A DNA stretch of 64,000 nucleotides, from the NCBI RefSeq assembly GCF_002854065.1, contig NZ_CP024147.1. One strand, 5' to 3'. The notes beneath the pieces are model-generated. The model was not told where the DNA came from. It did not search any database and saw only the letters and a list, made by a program, of their open reading frames with translations. This DNA comes from Escherichia coli. GTDB lineage: Bacteria > Pseudomonadota > Gammaproteobacteria > Enterobacterales > Enterobacteriaceae. Positions 45,738 to 58,857 of this stretch are shown in pieces; position 1 is the stretch's first letter, and every line of letters starts with the position of its first letter. A program made the translations under genes and the position numbers.

Positions 45738-47105
45738 ATGATTAGCGTATTCGATATTTTCAAAATCGGCATTGGCCCTTCCAGTTCTCATACCGTTGGA
45801 CCAATGAAAGCGGGTAAACAATTTACCGACGATTTGATTGCCCGTAACCTGCTTAAAGACGTGACCCGCGTGGTGGTTGACGTGTACGGCTCGCTCTCTC
45901 TGACTGGTAAAGGCCACCACACTGATATCGCCATTATTATGGGCCTGGCGGGTAACCTGCCGGATACCGTGGATATCGATTCCATCCCTGGTTTTATTCA
46001 GGATGTGAATACTCATGGTCGCCTGATGCTGGCAAACGGTCAGCATGAAGTGGAGTTCCCGGTTGATCAGTGCATGAACTTCCATGCCGACAACCTTTCT
46101 CTGCATGAAAACGGTATGCGCATTACCGCGCTGGCGGGTGATAAAGTCGTTTACAGTCAGACTTACTACTCTATTGGCGGTGGCTTTATCGTTGATGAAG
46201 AGCATTTTGGCCAGCAGGATAGCGCACCGGTTGAAGTTCCTTATCCGTACAGTTCAGCAGCCGATCTGCAAAAACATTGTCAGGAAACCGGGCTGTCACT
46301 CTCTGGCCTGATGATGAAAAACGAGCTGGCGCTGCACAGCAAAGAAGAGCTGGAACAGCACCTAGCGAACGTCTGGGAAGTCATGCGCGGCGGTATTGAG
46401 CGCGGTATTTCCACCGAAGGCGTGTTGCCTGGCAAACTGCGCGTACCACGCCGTGCTGCGGCACTACGCCGGATGCTGGTCAGCCAGGATAAAACCACCA
46501 CTGACCCGATGGCGGTTGTTGACTGGATCAACATGTTTGCACTGGCAGTGAACGAAGAGAACGCCGCTGGCGGTCGCGTGGTGACTGCGCCGACTAACGG
46601 TGCGTGCGGGATTATCCCGGCTGTGCTGGCGTACTACGATAAGTTTATCCGCGAAGTGAACGCTAACTCACTGGCTCGTTACCTGCTGGTAGCCAGCGCC
46701 ATTGGTTCTCTTTATAAGATGAACGCGTCGATTTCTGGTGCTGAAGTGGGTTGCCAGGGTGAAGTTGGCGTGGCGTGCTCAATGGCGGCGGCTGGTCTGG
46801 CAGAACTATTAGGCGCAAGCCCGGCGCAGGTGTGCATCGCGGCGGAAATCGCCATGGAGCACAACCTCGGTCTGACGTGTGACCCGGTCGCCGGACAGGT
46901 ACAGGTGCCATGCATCGAGCGTAACGCCATTGCGGCAGTAAAAGCGGTGAACGCCGCACGTATGGCGCTGCGCCGTACCAGCGAGCCGCGCGTCTGCCTC
47001 GATAAAGTTATCGAAACCATGTACGAAACAGGTAAAGATATGAACGCCAAGTACCGCGAAACCTCTCGCGGCGGCCTGGCAATGAAGATCGTTGCCTGCG
47101 ATTAA
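45738..47105 (+). CDS. sdaB: L-serine dehydratase 2 (SdaB), 455 aa
   Basis: MISVFDIFKIGIGPSSSHTVGPMKAGKQF... Confidence 0.95.
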   Translation: MISVFDIFKIGIGPSSSHTVGPMKAGKQFTDDLIARNLLKDVTRVVVDVYGSLSLTGKGHHTDIAIIMGLAGNLPDTVDIDSIPGFIQDVNTHGRLMLANGQHEVEFPVDQCMNFHADNLSLHENGMRITALAGDKVVYSQTYYSIGGGFIVDEEHFGQQDSAPVEVPYPYSSAADLQKHCQETGLSLSGLMMKNELALHSKEELEQHLANVWEVMRGGIERGISTEGVLPGKLRVPRRAAALRRMLVSQDKTTTDPMAVVDWINMFALAVNEENAAGGRVVTAPTNGACGIIPAVLAYYDKFIREVNANSLARYLLVASAIGSLYKMNASISGAEVGCQGEVGVACSMAAAGLAELLGASPAQVCIAAEIAMEHNLGLTCDPVAGQVQVPCIERNAIAAVKAVNAARMALRRTSEPRVCLDKVIETMYETGKDMNAKYRETSRGGLAMKIVACD

Positions 47106-47972
<867 letters not shown>

Positions 47973-47975
47973 CGG

Positions 47976-48012
47976 CGAGCCGGATACGCCGCAAACGTCG
48001 TATCCGGCATTA
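47976..48012. repeat. REP-like palindromic element between xni and fucO
   Basis: GAGCCGGATACGCCGCAAACGTCGTATCCGGC. Confidence 0.55.
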
Positions 48013-48026
48013 TCACATCAGCGCAT

Positions 48027-49175
48027 TTACCAGGCGGTATGGTAAAGCTCTACAATATCCTCAAGCGTTGCTTCACGCGGGTTGCCACCGGTACAAACAT
48101 CATCCAGTGCCGCCTGAGCCAGTGCCGGAATGTCTTCCTTGCGTACACCAACATCACGCAAATGTGGCGGAATACCGACATCACGGTTGAGAGCAAACAC
48201 CGCTTCAACAGCGGCATTACGCGCCTCTTCCAGGCTCATACCTTCCACTTTCACGCCCATAACGCGCGCGATATCGCGGTACTTCTCACCGGTAAAGTCA
48301 GCGTTATAACGCATAACATGCGGTAGCAGGATGGCGTTCGCAACACCGTGTGGAGTGTTGTAAAACGCGCCCAGTGGATGTGCCATACCATGCACCAACC
48401 CTAACCCAACATTCGAGAAGCCCATACCCGCAACATACTGCCCGAGCGCCATTTCTTCTCCGGCATCCTTATCACCAGCAACCGATCCTCGCAGCGCCCC
48501 AGCAATGATTTCAATCGCTTTAATGTGCAGTGCATCGGTTAGCGCCCACGCGCCACGGGTAATATACCCCTCAATAGCATGAGTGAGCGCATCGACACCC
48601 GTCGCAGCTTTCAGCGCTGGAGGCATACCATCCATCATGTCAGCGTCAATAAACGCCACCTGCGGGATATCATGCGGATCAACGCAAACAAACTTGCGCC
48701 GTTTTTCTTCGTCAGTGATCACGTAGTTAATGGTCACTTCTGCCGCAGTGCCTGCTGTGGTGGGGATTGCCAGAATCGGTACACTGGGTTTATTGGTCGG
48801 GGAAAGTCCTTCCAGGCTACGCACATCGGCAAACTCCGGGTTGTTGCTGATAATGCCAATCGCTTTACAAGTATCCTGTGGAGAACCACCACCAATAGCG
48901 ATCAGGTAATCCGCGCCGCTATTCTGGAATACACCGAGCCCTTCTTTGACGACAGTAATTGTTGGGTTGGGCACTACGCCGTCGTAAATCGCCCATGCCA
49001 GCCCTGCAGCATCCATCTTATCGGTCACTTTCGCCACCACGCCGCATTGCACCAGCGTTTTATCGGTGACGATCAGCGCCTTCTGATAACCACGGCGTTT
49101 CACCTCATCGGTTAAAGCCCCTACAGCACCCCGACCAAACCATGCCGTTTCGTTCAGAATCATTCTGTTAGCCAT
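48027..49175 (-). CDS. fucO: L-1,2-propanediol oxidoreductase (lactaldehyde reductase) FucO, 382 aa
   Basis: ORF translation; iron-containing alcohol dehydrogenase family. Confidence 0.94.
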   Translation of the reverse strand: MANRMILNETAWFGRGAVGALTDEVKRRGYQKALIVTDKTLVQCGVVAKVTDKMDAAGLAWAIYDGVVPNPTITVVKEGLGVFQNSGADYLIAIGGGSPQDTCKAIGIISNNPEFADVRSLEGLSPTNKPSVPILAIPTTAGTAAEVTINYVITDEEKRRKFVCVDPHDIPQVAFIDADMMDGMPPALKAATGVDALTHAIEGYITRGAWALTDALHIKAIEIIAGALRGSVAGDKDAGEEMALGQYVAGMGFSNVGLGLVHGMAHPLGAFYNTPHGVANAILLPHVMRYNADFTGEKYRDIARVMGVKVEGMSLEEARNAAVEAVFALNRDVGIPPHLRDVGVRKEDIPALAQAALDDVCTGGNPREATLEDIVELYHTAW

Positions 49176-49202
49176 CATCCTTCTCCTTGTTGCTTTACGA
49201 AA

Positions 49203-49850
49203 TTACTCTTCAATCCGTAACCCATAGGTTTTGAATTTCTCCAGCACTACGGCAATCTCTTCATCGCTCAGCACTGGCACCGGGTCCGTAATCGCCAGGG
49301 TCGTCAGGTAAAGTTGCGCCAGCACTTCAACTTCATGCGCCAGCCATAACGCTTTTTCCAGATTCACCTCACAAGCGATAAGCCCATGATGTTGTAACAA
49401 AGTTGCCTTACGATTTTTGAGAGCCAGCGCAACATGTTCAGAAAGTTCGCGTGTTCCAAAGGTCGCATAAGGCGCGCAAGGAATAGAATTACCGCCAGCC
49501 GCCGCAATCATGTAGTGAATAGCGGGGATCGGTCGATTAAGAATGGAAACTGCTGTGCAATGAACGGCATGATTGTGAACAACCGCGTTGGCATCCGGTC
49601 TGCTTTGATAGGCCGCCATATGGAAACGCCATTCGCTTGAGGGGAGCTTTCCTTCCTCATGTTTACCGTTGCCATCAATAAAGACAATATGCGACTCCGT
49701 CAGTTTTTCATATGGAATGCCTGTAGGCGTAATCAGCATCCCATCCTGATAACGTACACTGACGTTCCCCGCTGTCCCCTGGTTCAGTCCCAGGCGGGTC
49801 ATTTCCAGGCAAGTGTCAATAATCTGACGAGCAAGTTTATTTCGTTCCAT
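49203..49850 (-). CDS. fucA: L-fuculose-phosphate aldolase FucA, 215 aa
   Basis: ORF translation; class II aldolase. Confidence 0.94.
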   Translation of the reverse strand: MERNKLARQIIDTCLEMTRLGLNQGTAGNVSVRYQDGMLITPTGIPYEKLTESHIVFIDGNGKHEEGKLPSSEWRFHMAAYQSRPDANAVVHNHAVHCTAVSILNRPIPAIHYMIAAAGGNSIPCAPYATFGTRELSEHVALALKNRKATLLQHHGLIACEVNLEKALWLAHEVEVLAQLYLTTLAITDPVPVLSDEEIAVVLEKFKTYGLRIEE

Positions 49851-50396
49851 TAGCTACCTCTCTCTGATTCAAAACAGGGCAATAATGTTGTTCCTTTCAC
49901 ACTATTGAATTAGCCGTTTAATTACCCACCATCTTCTTCCTGATTAACAAGAAAGAAATTCACAAGCTTATATTTTGTGACCTGGTTCAACTAATCACAG
50001 TAAATAACTGCAAGTTCTCTTTTTATAACCCCATTAAAAATGACCGCTCTTAAAAATATTTATCAAAACGGTCATTTTTCTATTCACCCAAGCCAGGAAT
50101 GCCCGTTTTCGGCATAAACAATTAATACGGTCATCTGGTTTGTGTTTTTTATGATTTATTTTCTGAAACGGGCATGAAATTTCGATTATTAAAGTGATGG
50201 TAGTCACATAAAGTCACCTTCCAGCTAATAAGTGTGACCGCCGTCATATTACAGAGCGTTTTTTATTTGAAAATGAATCCATGAGTTCATTTCAGACAGG
50301 CAAATATTCACTGATATGAAGCCCGAACTCGCTGGTTTTGCACTTTTGAAAACATAACCGATTACGTGCTTAAGCTTCTGAACCTAAGAGGATGCT

Positions 50397-51713
50397 ATGG
50401 GAAACACATCAATACAAACGCAGAGTTACCGTGCGGTAGATAAAGATGCAGGGCAAAGCAGAAGTTACATTATTCCATTCGCGCTGCTGTGCTCACTGTT
50501 TTTTCTTTGGGCGGTAGCCAATAACCTTAACGACATTTTATTACCTCAATTCCAGCAGGCTTTTACGCTGACAAATTTCCAGGCTGGCCTGATCCAATCG
50601 GCATTTTACTTTGGTTATTTCATTATCCCAATTCCTGCTGGGATATTGATGAAAAAACTCAGTTATAAAGCAGGAATTATTACCGGGTTATTTTTATATG
50701 CCTTGGGTGCTGCATTATTCTGGCCCGCGGCAGAAATAATGAACTACACCTTATTTTTAGTTGGCCTATTTATTATTGCAGCCGGATTAGGTTGTCTGGA
50801 AACTGCCGCAAACCCTTTTGTTACGGTATTAGGGCCGGAAAGCAGTGGTCACTTCCGCTTAAATCTTGCGCAAACATTTAACTCATTTGGCGCAATTATC
50901 GCGGTTGTCTTTGGGCAAAGTCTTATTTTGTCTAACGTGCCACATCAATCGCAAGACGTTCTCGATAAAATGTCTCCAGAGCAATTGAGTGCGTATAAAC
51001 ACAGCCTGGTATTATCGGTACAGACACCTTATATGATCATCGTGGCTATCGTGTTACTGGTCGCCCTGCTGATCATGCTGACGAAATTCCCGGCATTGCA
51101 GAGTGATAATCACAGTGACGCCAAACAAGGATCGTTCTCCGCATCGCTTTCTCGCCTGGCGCGTATTCGCCACTGGCGCTGGGCAGTATTAGCGCAATTC
51201 TGCTACGTTGGCGCACAAACGGCCTGCTGGAGCTATTTGATTCGCTACGCTGTAGAAGAAATTCCAGGTATGACTGCAGGCTTTGCCGCTAACTATTTAA
51301 CCGGAACCATGGTGTGCTTCTTTATTGGTCGTTTCACCGGTACCTGGCTCATCAGTCGCTTCGCACCACACAAAGTCCTGGCCGCCTACGCATTAATCGC
51401 TATGGCACTGTGCCTGATCTCAGCCTTCGCTGGCGGTCATGTGGGCTTAATAGCCCTGACTTTATGCAGCGCCTTTATGTCGATTCAGTACCCAACAATC
51501 TTCTCGCTGGGCATTAAGAATCTCGGCCAGGACACCAAATACGGTTCGTCCTTCATCGTTATGACCATCATTGGCGGCGGTATTGTCACTCCGGTCATGG
51601 GTTTTGTCAGTGACGCGGCGGGCAACATCCCCACTGCTGAACTGATCCCCGCACTCTGCTTCGCGGTCATCTTTATCTTTGCCCGTTTCCGTTCTCAAAC
51701 GGCAACTAACTGA
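50397..51713 (+). CDS. fucP: L-fucose:H+ symporter FucP, 438 aa
   Basis: ORF translation; MFS. Confidence 0.95.
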   Translation: MGNTSIQTQSYRAVDKDAGQSRSYIIPFALLCSLFFLWAVANNLNDILLPQFQQAFTLTNFQAGLIQSAFYFGYFIIPIPAGILMKKLSYKAGIITGLFLYALGAALFWPAAEIMNYTLFLVGLFIIAAGLGCLETAANPFVTVLGPESSGHFRLNLAQTFNSFGAIIAVVFGQSLILSNVPHQSQDVLDKMSPEQLSAYKHSLVLSVQTPYMIIVAIVLLVALLIMLTKFPALQSDNHSDAKQGSFSASLSRLARIRHWRWAVLAQFCYVGAQTACWSYLIRYAVEEIPGMTAGFAANYLTGTMVCFFIGRFTGTWLISRFAPHKVLAAYALIAMALCLISAFAGGHVGLIALTLCSAFMSIQYPTIFSLGIKNLGQDTKYGSSFIVMTIIGGGIVTPVMGFVSDAAGNIPTAELIPALCFAVIFIFARFRSQTATN

Positions 51714-51745
51714 ACATATTTTCCGAATAAAGTGAGGAATCTGTA

Positions 51746-53521
51746 ATGAAAAAAATCAGCTTACCGAAAATTGGTATCCGCCCGGTTATTGACGGTCGTC
51801 GCATGGGTGTTCGTGAGTCGCTTGAAGAACAAACAATGAATATGGCGAAAGCTACGGCCGCACTGCTGACCGAGAAACTGCGCCATGCCTGCGGAGCTGC
51901 CGTCGAGTGTGTCATTTCCGATACCTGTATCGCGGGTATGGCTGAAGCCGCTGCTTGCGAAGAAAAATTCAGCAGTCAGAATGTAGGCCTCACCATTACG
52001 GTAACGCCTTGCTGGTGCTATGGCAGTGAAACCATCGACATGGATCCAACCCGCCCGAAAGCCATTTGGGGCTTTAATGGCACTGAACGTCCCGGCGCTG
52101 TTTACCTGGCAGCGGCTCTGGCAGCTCACAGCCAGAAAGGCATCCCGGCATTCTCCATTTACGGTCATGACGTTCAGGATGCCGATGACACATCGATTCC
52201 TGCTGATGTTGAAGAAAAACTGCTGCGCTTTGCCCGCGCCGGTTTGGCCGTCGCCAGCATGAAAGGTAAAAGCTATCTGTCGCTGGGCGGCGTTTCGATG
52301 GGTATCGCCGGTTCTATTGTTGATCACAACTTCTTTGAATCCTGGCTGGGAATGAAAGTCCAGGCGGTGGATATGACCGAACTGCGTCGCCGTATCGATC
52401 AGAAGATTTACGACGAAGCCGAACTGGAAATGGCACTGGCCTGGGCTGATAAAAACTTCCGCTATGGCGAAGATGAAAATAACAAACAGTATCAACGCAA
52501 TGCCGAGCAAAGCCGCGCAGTTCTGCGCGAAAGTTTACTGATGGCGATGTGTATCCGCGACATGATGCAAGGCAACAGCAAACTGGCCGATATTGGTCGC
52601 GTGGAAGAATCACTTGGCTACAACGCCATCGCTGCGGGCTTCCAGGGACAACGCCACTGGACCGATCAATATCCCAATGGCGACACCGCCGAAGCGATCC
52701 TTAACAGTTCATTTGACTGGAATGGCGTGCGCGAACCCTTTGTCGTGGCGACCGAAAACGACAGTCTTAACGGCGTGGCAATGCTAATGGGTCACCAGCT
52801 CACCGGCACCGCTCAGGTATTTGCCGATGTGCGTACCTACTGGTCACCAGAAGCAATTGAGCGTGTAACGGGGCATAAACTCGATGGACTGGCAGAACAC
52901 GGCATCATCCATTTGATCAACTCAGGTTCTGCTGCGCTGGACGGTTCCTGTAAACAACGCGACAGCGAAGGTAACCCGACGATGAAGCCGCACTGGGAAA
53001 TCTCTCAGCAAGAGGCTGACGCTTGCCTCGCCGCTACCGAATGGTGCCCGGCGATCCACGAATACTTCCGTGGCGGCGGTTACTCTTCCCGCTTCCTTAC
53101 CGAAGGCGGCGTCCCGTTCACCATGACTCGTGTCAACATCATCAAAGGCCTGGGACCTGTACTGCAAATCGCGGAAGGCTGGAGCGTGGAATTGCCGAAG
53201 GATGTGCATGACATCCTCAACAAACGCACCAACTCAACCTGGCCAACCACCTGGTTTGCACCGCGCCTCACCGGTAAAGGGCCGTTTACGGATGTGTACT
53301 CGGTAATGGCGAACTGGGGCGCTAACCATGGGGTTCTGACCATCGGCCACGTTGGCGCAGACTTTATCACTCTCGCCTCCATGCTGCGTATCCCGGTATG
53401 TATGCACAACGTTGAAGAGACCAAAGTGTATCGTCCTTCTGCCTGGGCTGCGCACGGCATGGATATTGAAGGCCAGGATTACCGCGCTTGCCAGAACTAC
53501 GGGCCGTTGTACAAGCGTTAA
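51746..53521 (+). CDS. fucI: L-fucose isomerase FucI, 591 aa
   Basis: [29 protein letters not shown]... Confidence 0.96.
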   Translation: MKKISLPKIGIRPVIDGRRMGVRESLEEQTMNMAKATAALLTEKLRHACGAAVECVISDTCIAGMAEAAACEEKFSSQNVGLTITVTPCWCYGSETIDMDPTRPKAIWGFNGTERPGAVYLAAALAAHSQKGIPAFSIYGHDVQDADDTSIPADVEEKLLRFARAGLAVASMKGKSYLSLGGVSMGIAGSIVDHNFFESWLGMKVQAVDMTELRRRIDQKIYDEAELEMALAWADKNFRYGEDENNKQYQRNAEQSRAVLRESLLMAMCIRDMMQGNSKLADIGRVEESLGYNAIAAGFQGQRHWTDQYPNGDTAEAILNSSFDWNGVREPFVVATENDSLNGVAMLMGHQLTGTAQVFADVRTYWSPEAIERVTGHKLDGLAEHGIIHLINSGSAALDGSCKQRDSEGNPTMKPHWEISQQEADACLAATEWCPAIHEYFRGGGYSSRFLTEGGVPFTMTRVNIIKGLGPVLQIAEGWSVELPKDVHDILNKRTNSTWPTTWFAPRLTGKGPFTDVYSVMANWGANHGVLTIGHVGADFITLASMLRIPVCMHNVEETKVYRPSAWAAHGMDIEGQDYRACQNYGPLYKR

Positions 53522-53629
53522 TACATTACTCCCTGATGTTATGCCCGGTCGCTCCGGCTACCGGGCCTGAACAAGCAAGAGTGGTTAGCCGGATAAGCAA
53601 TGTTATCCGGCTATATTGCAGGAGCGATT

Positions 53630-55048
53630 ATGAAACAAGAAGTTATCCTGGTACTCGACTGTGGCGCGACCAATGTCAGGGCCATCGCGGTTAATCGGCA
53701 GGGAAAAATTGTTGCCCGCGCCTCAACGCCTAATGCCAGCGATATCGCGATGGAAAACAACACCTGGCACCAGTGGTCTTTAGACGCGATTTTGCAACGC
53801 TTTGCTGATTGCTGTCGGCAAATCAATAGTGAACTGACTGAATGCCACATCCGCGGTATCGCCGTCACCACCTTTGGTGTGGATGGCGCTCTGGTAGATA
53901 AGCAAGGCAATTTGCTCTATCCGATCATTAGCTGGAAATGTCCGCGAACAGCAGCGGTTATGGACAATATTGAACGGTTAATCTCCGCACAGCGGTTGCA
54001 GGCTATTTCTGGCGTCGGAGCCTTTAGTTTCAATACGTTATATAAGTTGGTGTGGTTGAAAGAAAATCATCCACAACTGCTGGAACGCGCGCACGCCTGG
54101 CTCTTTATTTCGTCGCTGATTAACCACCGTTTAACCGGCGAATTCACTACTGATATCACGATGGCCGGAACCAGCCAGATGCTGGATATCCAGCAACGCG
54201 ATTTCAGTCCGCAAATTTTACAAGCCACCGGTATTCCACGCCGACTCTTCCCTCGTCTGGTGGAAGCGGGTGAACAGATTGGTACGCTACAGAACAGCGC
54301 TGCAGCAATGCTCGGCTTACCCGTTGGCATACCGGTGATTTCCGCAGGTCACGATACCCAGTTCGCCCTTTTTGGCGCTGGTGCTGAACAAAATGAACCC
54401 GTGCTCTCTTCCGGTACATGGGAAATTTTAATGGTTCGCAGCGCCCAGGTTGATACTTCGCTGTTAAGTCAGTACGCCGGTTCCACCTGCGAACTGGATA
54501 GCCAGGCAGGGTTGTATAACCCAGGTATGCAATGGCTGGCATCCGGCGTGCTGGAATGGGTGAGAAAACTGTTCTGGACGGCTGAAACACCCTGGCAAAT
54601 GTTGATTGAAGAGGCTCGTCTGATCGCGCCTGGCGCGGATGGCGTAAAAATGCAGTGTGATTTATTGTCGTGTCAGAACGCTGGCTGGCAAGGAGTGACG
54701 CTTAATACCACGCGGGGGCATTTCTATCGCGCGGCGCTGGAAGGGTTAACCGCGCAATTACAGCGCAATCTACAGATGCTGGAAAAAATCGGCCACTTTA
54801 AAGCCTCTGAATTATTGTTAGTCGGTGGAGGAAGTCGCAACACATTGTGGAATCAGATTAAAGCCAATATGCTTGATATTCCGGTAAAAGTTCTCGACGA
54901 TGCCGAAACGACCGTCGCAGGAGCTGCGCTGTTCGGTTGGTATGGCGTAGGGGAATTTAACAGCCCGGAAGAAGCCCGTGCACAGATTCATTATCAGTAC
55001 CGTTATTTCTACCCGCAAACTGAACCTGAATTTATAGAGGAAGTGTGA
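53630..55048 (+). CDS. fucK: L-fuculokinase FucK, 472 aa
   Basis: Translation from [22 protein letters not shown]...; FGGY kinase. Confidence 0.93.
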
Positions 55049-55049
55049 A

Positions 55050-55472
55050 ATGCTGAAAACAATTTCGCCGTTAATTTCTCCCGAACTATTGAAAGTGCTG
55101 GCAGAGATGGGACATGGAGATGAAATTATTTTTTCCGATGCTCACTTTCCCGCCCATTCGATGGGACCGCAGGTAATCCGCGCTGATGGCCTGTTGGTGA
55201 GCGACTTGCTCCAGGCGATTATCCCGTTATTTGAACTGGACAGTTATGCACCACCGCTGGTGATGATGGCGGCGGTAGAAGGTGACACTCTCGATCCTGA
55301 AGTAGAACGACGTTACCGTAATGCGCTTTCACTACAAGCCCCGTGTCCTGACATCATCCGCATCAATCGTTTTGCGTTTTATGAACGGGCGCAAAAAGCC
55401 TTTGCGATCGTTATCACAGGCGAACGAGCGAAGTACGGGAATATTCTTTTAAAAAAAGGGGTAACACCGTAA
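55050..55472 (+). CDS. fucU: L-fucose mutarotase FucU, 140 aa
   Basis: ORF translation; RbsD/FucU family. Confidence 0.93.
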
Positions 55473-55529
55473 TCTCATACCGGTACGCCCGCATGACGCG
55501 GGCGGTTATCGAATGATGGGGTGAAAAAT

Positions 55530-56261
55530 ATGAAAGCGGCACGCCAGCAAGCGATAGTCGACCTGCTGCTGAACCATACCAGCCTGACCACGGAAGCTCT
55601 CTCTGAACAGCTAAAGGTCAGTAAAGAAACCATTCGTCGCGATCTCAATGAATTACAGACGCAGGGTAAAATTCTGCGCAATCATGGACGCGCTAAATAT
55701 ATCCACCGTCAAAATCAAGACAGTGGCGATCCCTTTCACATCAGGCTGAAAAGCCATTATGCGCATAAAGCAGATATCGCGCGCGAGGCGCTCGCGTGGA
55801 TTGAAGAAGGGATGGTGATAGCCTTAGACGCCAGTTCAACTTGCTGGTATCTGGCACGCCAGTTGCCTGACATCAACATTCAGGTCTTCACCAATAGCCA
55901 TCCGATTTGCCATGAACTCGGTAAACGCGAACGCATTCAACTGATCAGTTCCGGCGGCACACTTGAGCGCAAATATGGCTGTTACGTCAATCCCTCGCTG
56001 ATTTCCCAACTTAAATCGCTGGAAATCGATCTGTTTATTTTTTCTTGTGAAGGGATCGATAGCAGCGGCGCACTGTGGGACTCCAATGCCATCAACGCTG
56101 ATTACAAATCAATGCTATTAAAACGCGCCGCGCAATCGTTGTTATTGATTGATAAAAGTAAATTTAATCGTTCAGGGGAAGCCCGCATCGGGCATCTGGA
56201 TGAGGTAACGCACATTATTTCTGATGAGCGCCAGGTTGCAACTTCTTTGGTAACAGGCTGA
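55530..56261 (+). CDS. fucR: DeoR-family L-fucose operon activator FucR, 243 aa
   Basis: ORF translation; HTH plus sugar-phosphate-binding domain; start at MKAARQQ. Confidence 0.9.
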   Translation: MKAARQQAIVDLLLNHTSLTTEALSEQLKVSKETIRRDLNELQTQGKILRNHGRAKYIHRQNQDSGDPFHIRLKSHYAHKADIAREALAWIEEGMVIALDASSTCWYLARQLPDINIQVFTNSHPICHELGKRERIQLISSGGTLERKYGCYVNPSLISQLKSLEIDLFIFSCEGIDSSGALWDSNAINADYKSMLLKRAAQSLLLIDKSKFNRSGEARIGHLDEVTHIISDERQVATSLVTG

Positions 56262-56304
56262 CGGAAAGGGTAGCAGGCCGGAGACGACGCCCCGGCCTTG
56301 CCTG

Positions 56305-57405
56305 TTATCGCTCGTCGCGACGACCACCCACCGCAGCCCAGATACGGCGGACGTGCACCGTCACTTCTTCGCGATCGTGATACAACTGCCGCGCCTGAAT
56401 CTGAGCATTTATGCCATGTTCATCAAGCTGTGCCTGAATATACGCCAGATTGTGTGACACTTCTTCGTAGCGTTTTTTCATCGGCAGTTTGAGGTTGAAA
56501 ATGGTTTCACGACACCAGCCATTAACCAGCCACTGCGCCATCAATGCCGCAACTTTCGCCGGTTTTTCAACCATATCGCATACCATCCAGGAGATATTGC
56601 TGCGCGTCGGACGGAATTTGAAACCGTCTTCCCGCAGCCACGTCACCTGTCCGGTATCCATCAGACTTTGCGCCATCGGGCCGTTGTCGACGGAATAAAC
56701 CCACATGTTGCGCTTCACCAGTTGGTAGGTCCAGCCGCCAGGGCAAGCGCCTAAATCCACCGCCCACATCCCGTTCGCCAGGCGTTCATCCCACTCATCC
56801 GCAGGAATAAACACATGAAATGCCTCTTCCAGTTTGAGCGTGGAACGACTCGGCGCATCTGCCGGAAATTTCAGGCGCGGAATGCCCATATAGAACGGCG
56901 AATTATTGTTGCTGTATGAGTAACCGGTATAGCAGCAGCCTGGTGCAATAAAGAATACATGCACAACCGGACGCTTCGGCGTTTCATAGTTCGCCAGCAC
57001 CCCGGCATCGCGCAAGGCAGCGCGTAGCGGAACAGTGAATTTACGGCAGAATTTCAGCAACTCTTTGCTTTCGTTGGTATCGGCAACTTCAACACGCAGT
57101 TCACCGCCCTTCTCTACTACGCCCTGCAACATGCCGACAATGGGGGTAATACGATCTTCTGGCGGCAAATGCTGCAAGAGTTCCCCCACCACAAACCACT
57201 GGCGGGCAAAAATTAATGAACTGAACGGCAGCTCACGGATTAACTTATCGCCATCATCAGGTTGATAACATTCATAAATGACATAACCCGCATTCTCTTT
57301 CACGCGGGCAAAACCGAAAATCTCCCGCTGGCCGGCTTTATCGGTAATTTCTGCGGCGCACTCTTTTTCAAAGCCCGGACGGCACAGCAATACAACCTTA
57401 TTCAT
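56305..57405 (-). CDS. rlmM: 23S rRNA 2'-O-ribose C2498 methyltransferase RlmM, 366 aa
   Basis: ORF translation. Confidence 0.92.
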
Positions 57406-57793
57406 GACTTACGCCCTTGCGCTTTAAACGGATAGCACCAACTAACATTAACGCCCAGCCCGCAAGGAAGCTCACGCCGCCAACCGGAGTGACAAACGCC
57501 CACAAACGCAGATGGGACAGTGCCAGGCAATAAAGGCTGCCGCTGAACAGCACCGTGCCTAACGCGAGGAAAACGCTACTCCAGTAAAACCAGATACTGA
57601 TGCGACGCTGCATTGCCACCGCCAGACCTAAGATCGCCAGCGTATGAAACGCCTGGTATTCGAGGCCGGTCTGGATCCAGCCCATCTCAACGGCCCCCAT
57701 GGTTTTACTTAACACATGCGCGCCAAAAGCGCCCAGAGCCACAAAAATGAAGCCGCTAATGGCGGCGAAAATCAGCATAAAACGGCTGGTCAT
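57398..57793 (-). CDS. ygdD: DUF423-family inner membrane protein, 131 aa
   Basis: ORF translation, 4 TM; overlaps rlmM start. Confidence 0.88.
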
Positions 57794-57811
57794 GGTCGTA
57801 CCCTACGTAAA

Positions 57812-58729
57812 TTATTGTTCATAACGAAAGCGGAATTTTTCTTGTTCAGCAGCGGCTTTCGCCAGGATCCATTGGCGAAAGGCGGCTATTTTACCCAGTT
57901 CTGCCTGGCTGTCATGACAAACCAGATAAAAAGCGTTTTTACTGACCAGAACATCATTAAACGGGCAAACAAGACGTCCGGCTTCAATTTCAGATTGCGC
58001 CATCACGTTATTTGCCAGCGCCACTCCCTGCCCGTGGATAGCCGCTTGCAGCACCATGGCGCTATGGCTAAAAATTGGCCCTTGCTGAACGTTGATATGA
58101 TTTAACCCCAACTGTCGGGTATATGTCTGCCAGTCACGGCGTGACGCATCATGTAATAGCGTATGTTTAGCCAGATCTTCCGGGGTCTTCAAGGGTTTTT
58201 CGCCAGTCAGCAGTAGCGGCGAACACACCGGCAATAAATATTCGGCGTACAGTTTTTCCACCCGTAGCCCCGGCCAGTTGCCCCGACCATAAAATATCGC
58301 CACATCAACATCATCCGCCAGCTTATCTTCCTGACGATCAACCGCCTGGATTCGAACGTCAATTCCCGGATAAGCTGAATTAAAGCTGGAAAGTCGCGGA
58401 ACCAACCAATGAATGGCGAAACTGGGGAGTAAACTGACCGTCAACGCCCCCTTGGCGCTACGAGCCTGGAGTTTACGCGTCGCTTCGGTTAATTGCGAAA
58501 ATATCTCTTTGATATCGAGGAAATAGCTTTGCCCTTCCTCGGTCAGCAGGAGTGAACGATTACGGCGGCGGAACAGTTTTAGCCCCAAAAAATCCTCAAG
58601 AGACTTGATTTGATGACTTACTGCGGCCTGGGTCACAAAAAGCTCTTCTGCTGCGCGAGTGAAACTTAAATGGCGTGCTGCGGCATCAAAAACTCGTAAG
58701 GCATTTAGCGGTGGTAATCGTTTAGACAT
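57812..58729 (-). CDS. gcvA: LysR-family glycine cleavage system regulator GcvA, 305 aa
   Basis: MSKRLPPLNALRVFDAAARHLSFTRAAEELFVTQAAVSHQIK... Confidence 0.95.
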   Translation of the reverse strand: MSKRLPPLNALRVFDAAARHLSFTRAAEELFVTQAAVSHQIKSLEDFLGLKLFRRRNRSLLLTEEGQSYFLDIKEIFSQLTEATRKLQARSAKGALTVSLLPSFAIHWLVPRLSSFNSAYPGIDVRIQAVDRQEDKLADDVDVAIFYGRGNWPGLRVEKLYAEYLLPVCSPLLLTGEKPLKTPEDLAKHTLLHDASRRDWQTYTRQLGLNHINVQQGPIFSHSAMVLQAAIHGQGVALANNVMAQSEIEAGRLVCPFNDVLVSKNAFYLVCHDSQAELGKIAAFRQWILAKAAAEQEKFRFRYEQ

Positions 58730-58857
58730 GGCTTTTAAACTTTGATGTTAAATGAATTTAACAATTAGATCACAGTGTGTAACCTATTAGTTTTTTTAAT
58801 CTGAGCCATTATAAATTGTCCGTTGAGCTTCTACCAGCAAATACCTATAGTGGCGGC

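Noticed and set aside
44364-46205. 613-aa minus-strand ORF
   Set aside because: Antisense to sdaC and sdaB; His/Arg/Gln-rich translation with no domain features; the sense-strand genes are unambiguous.
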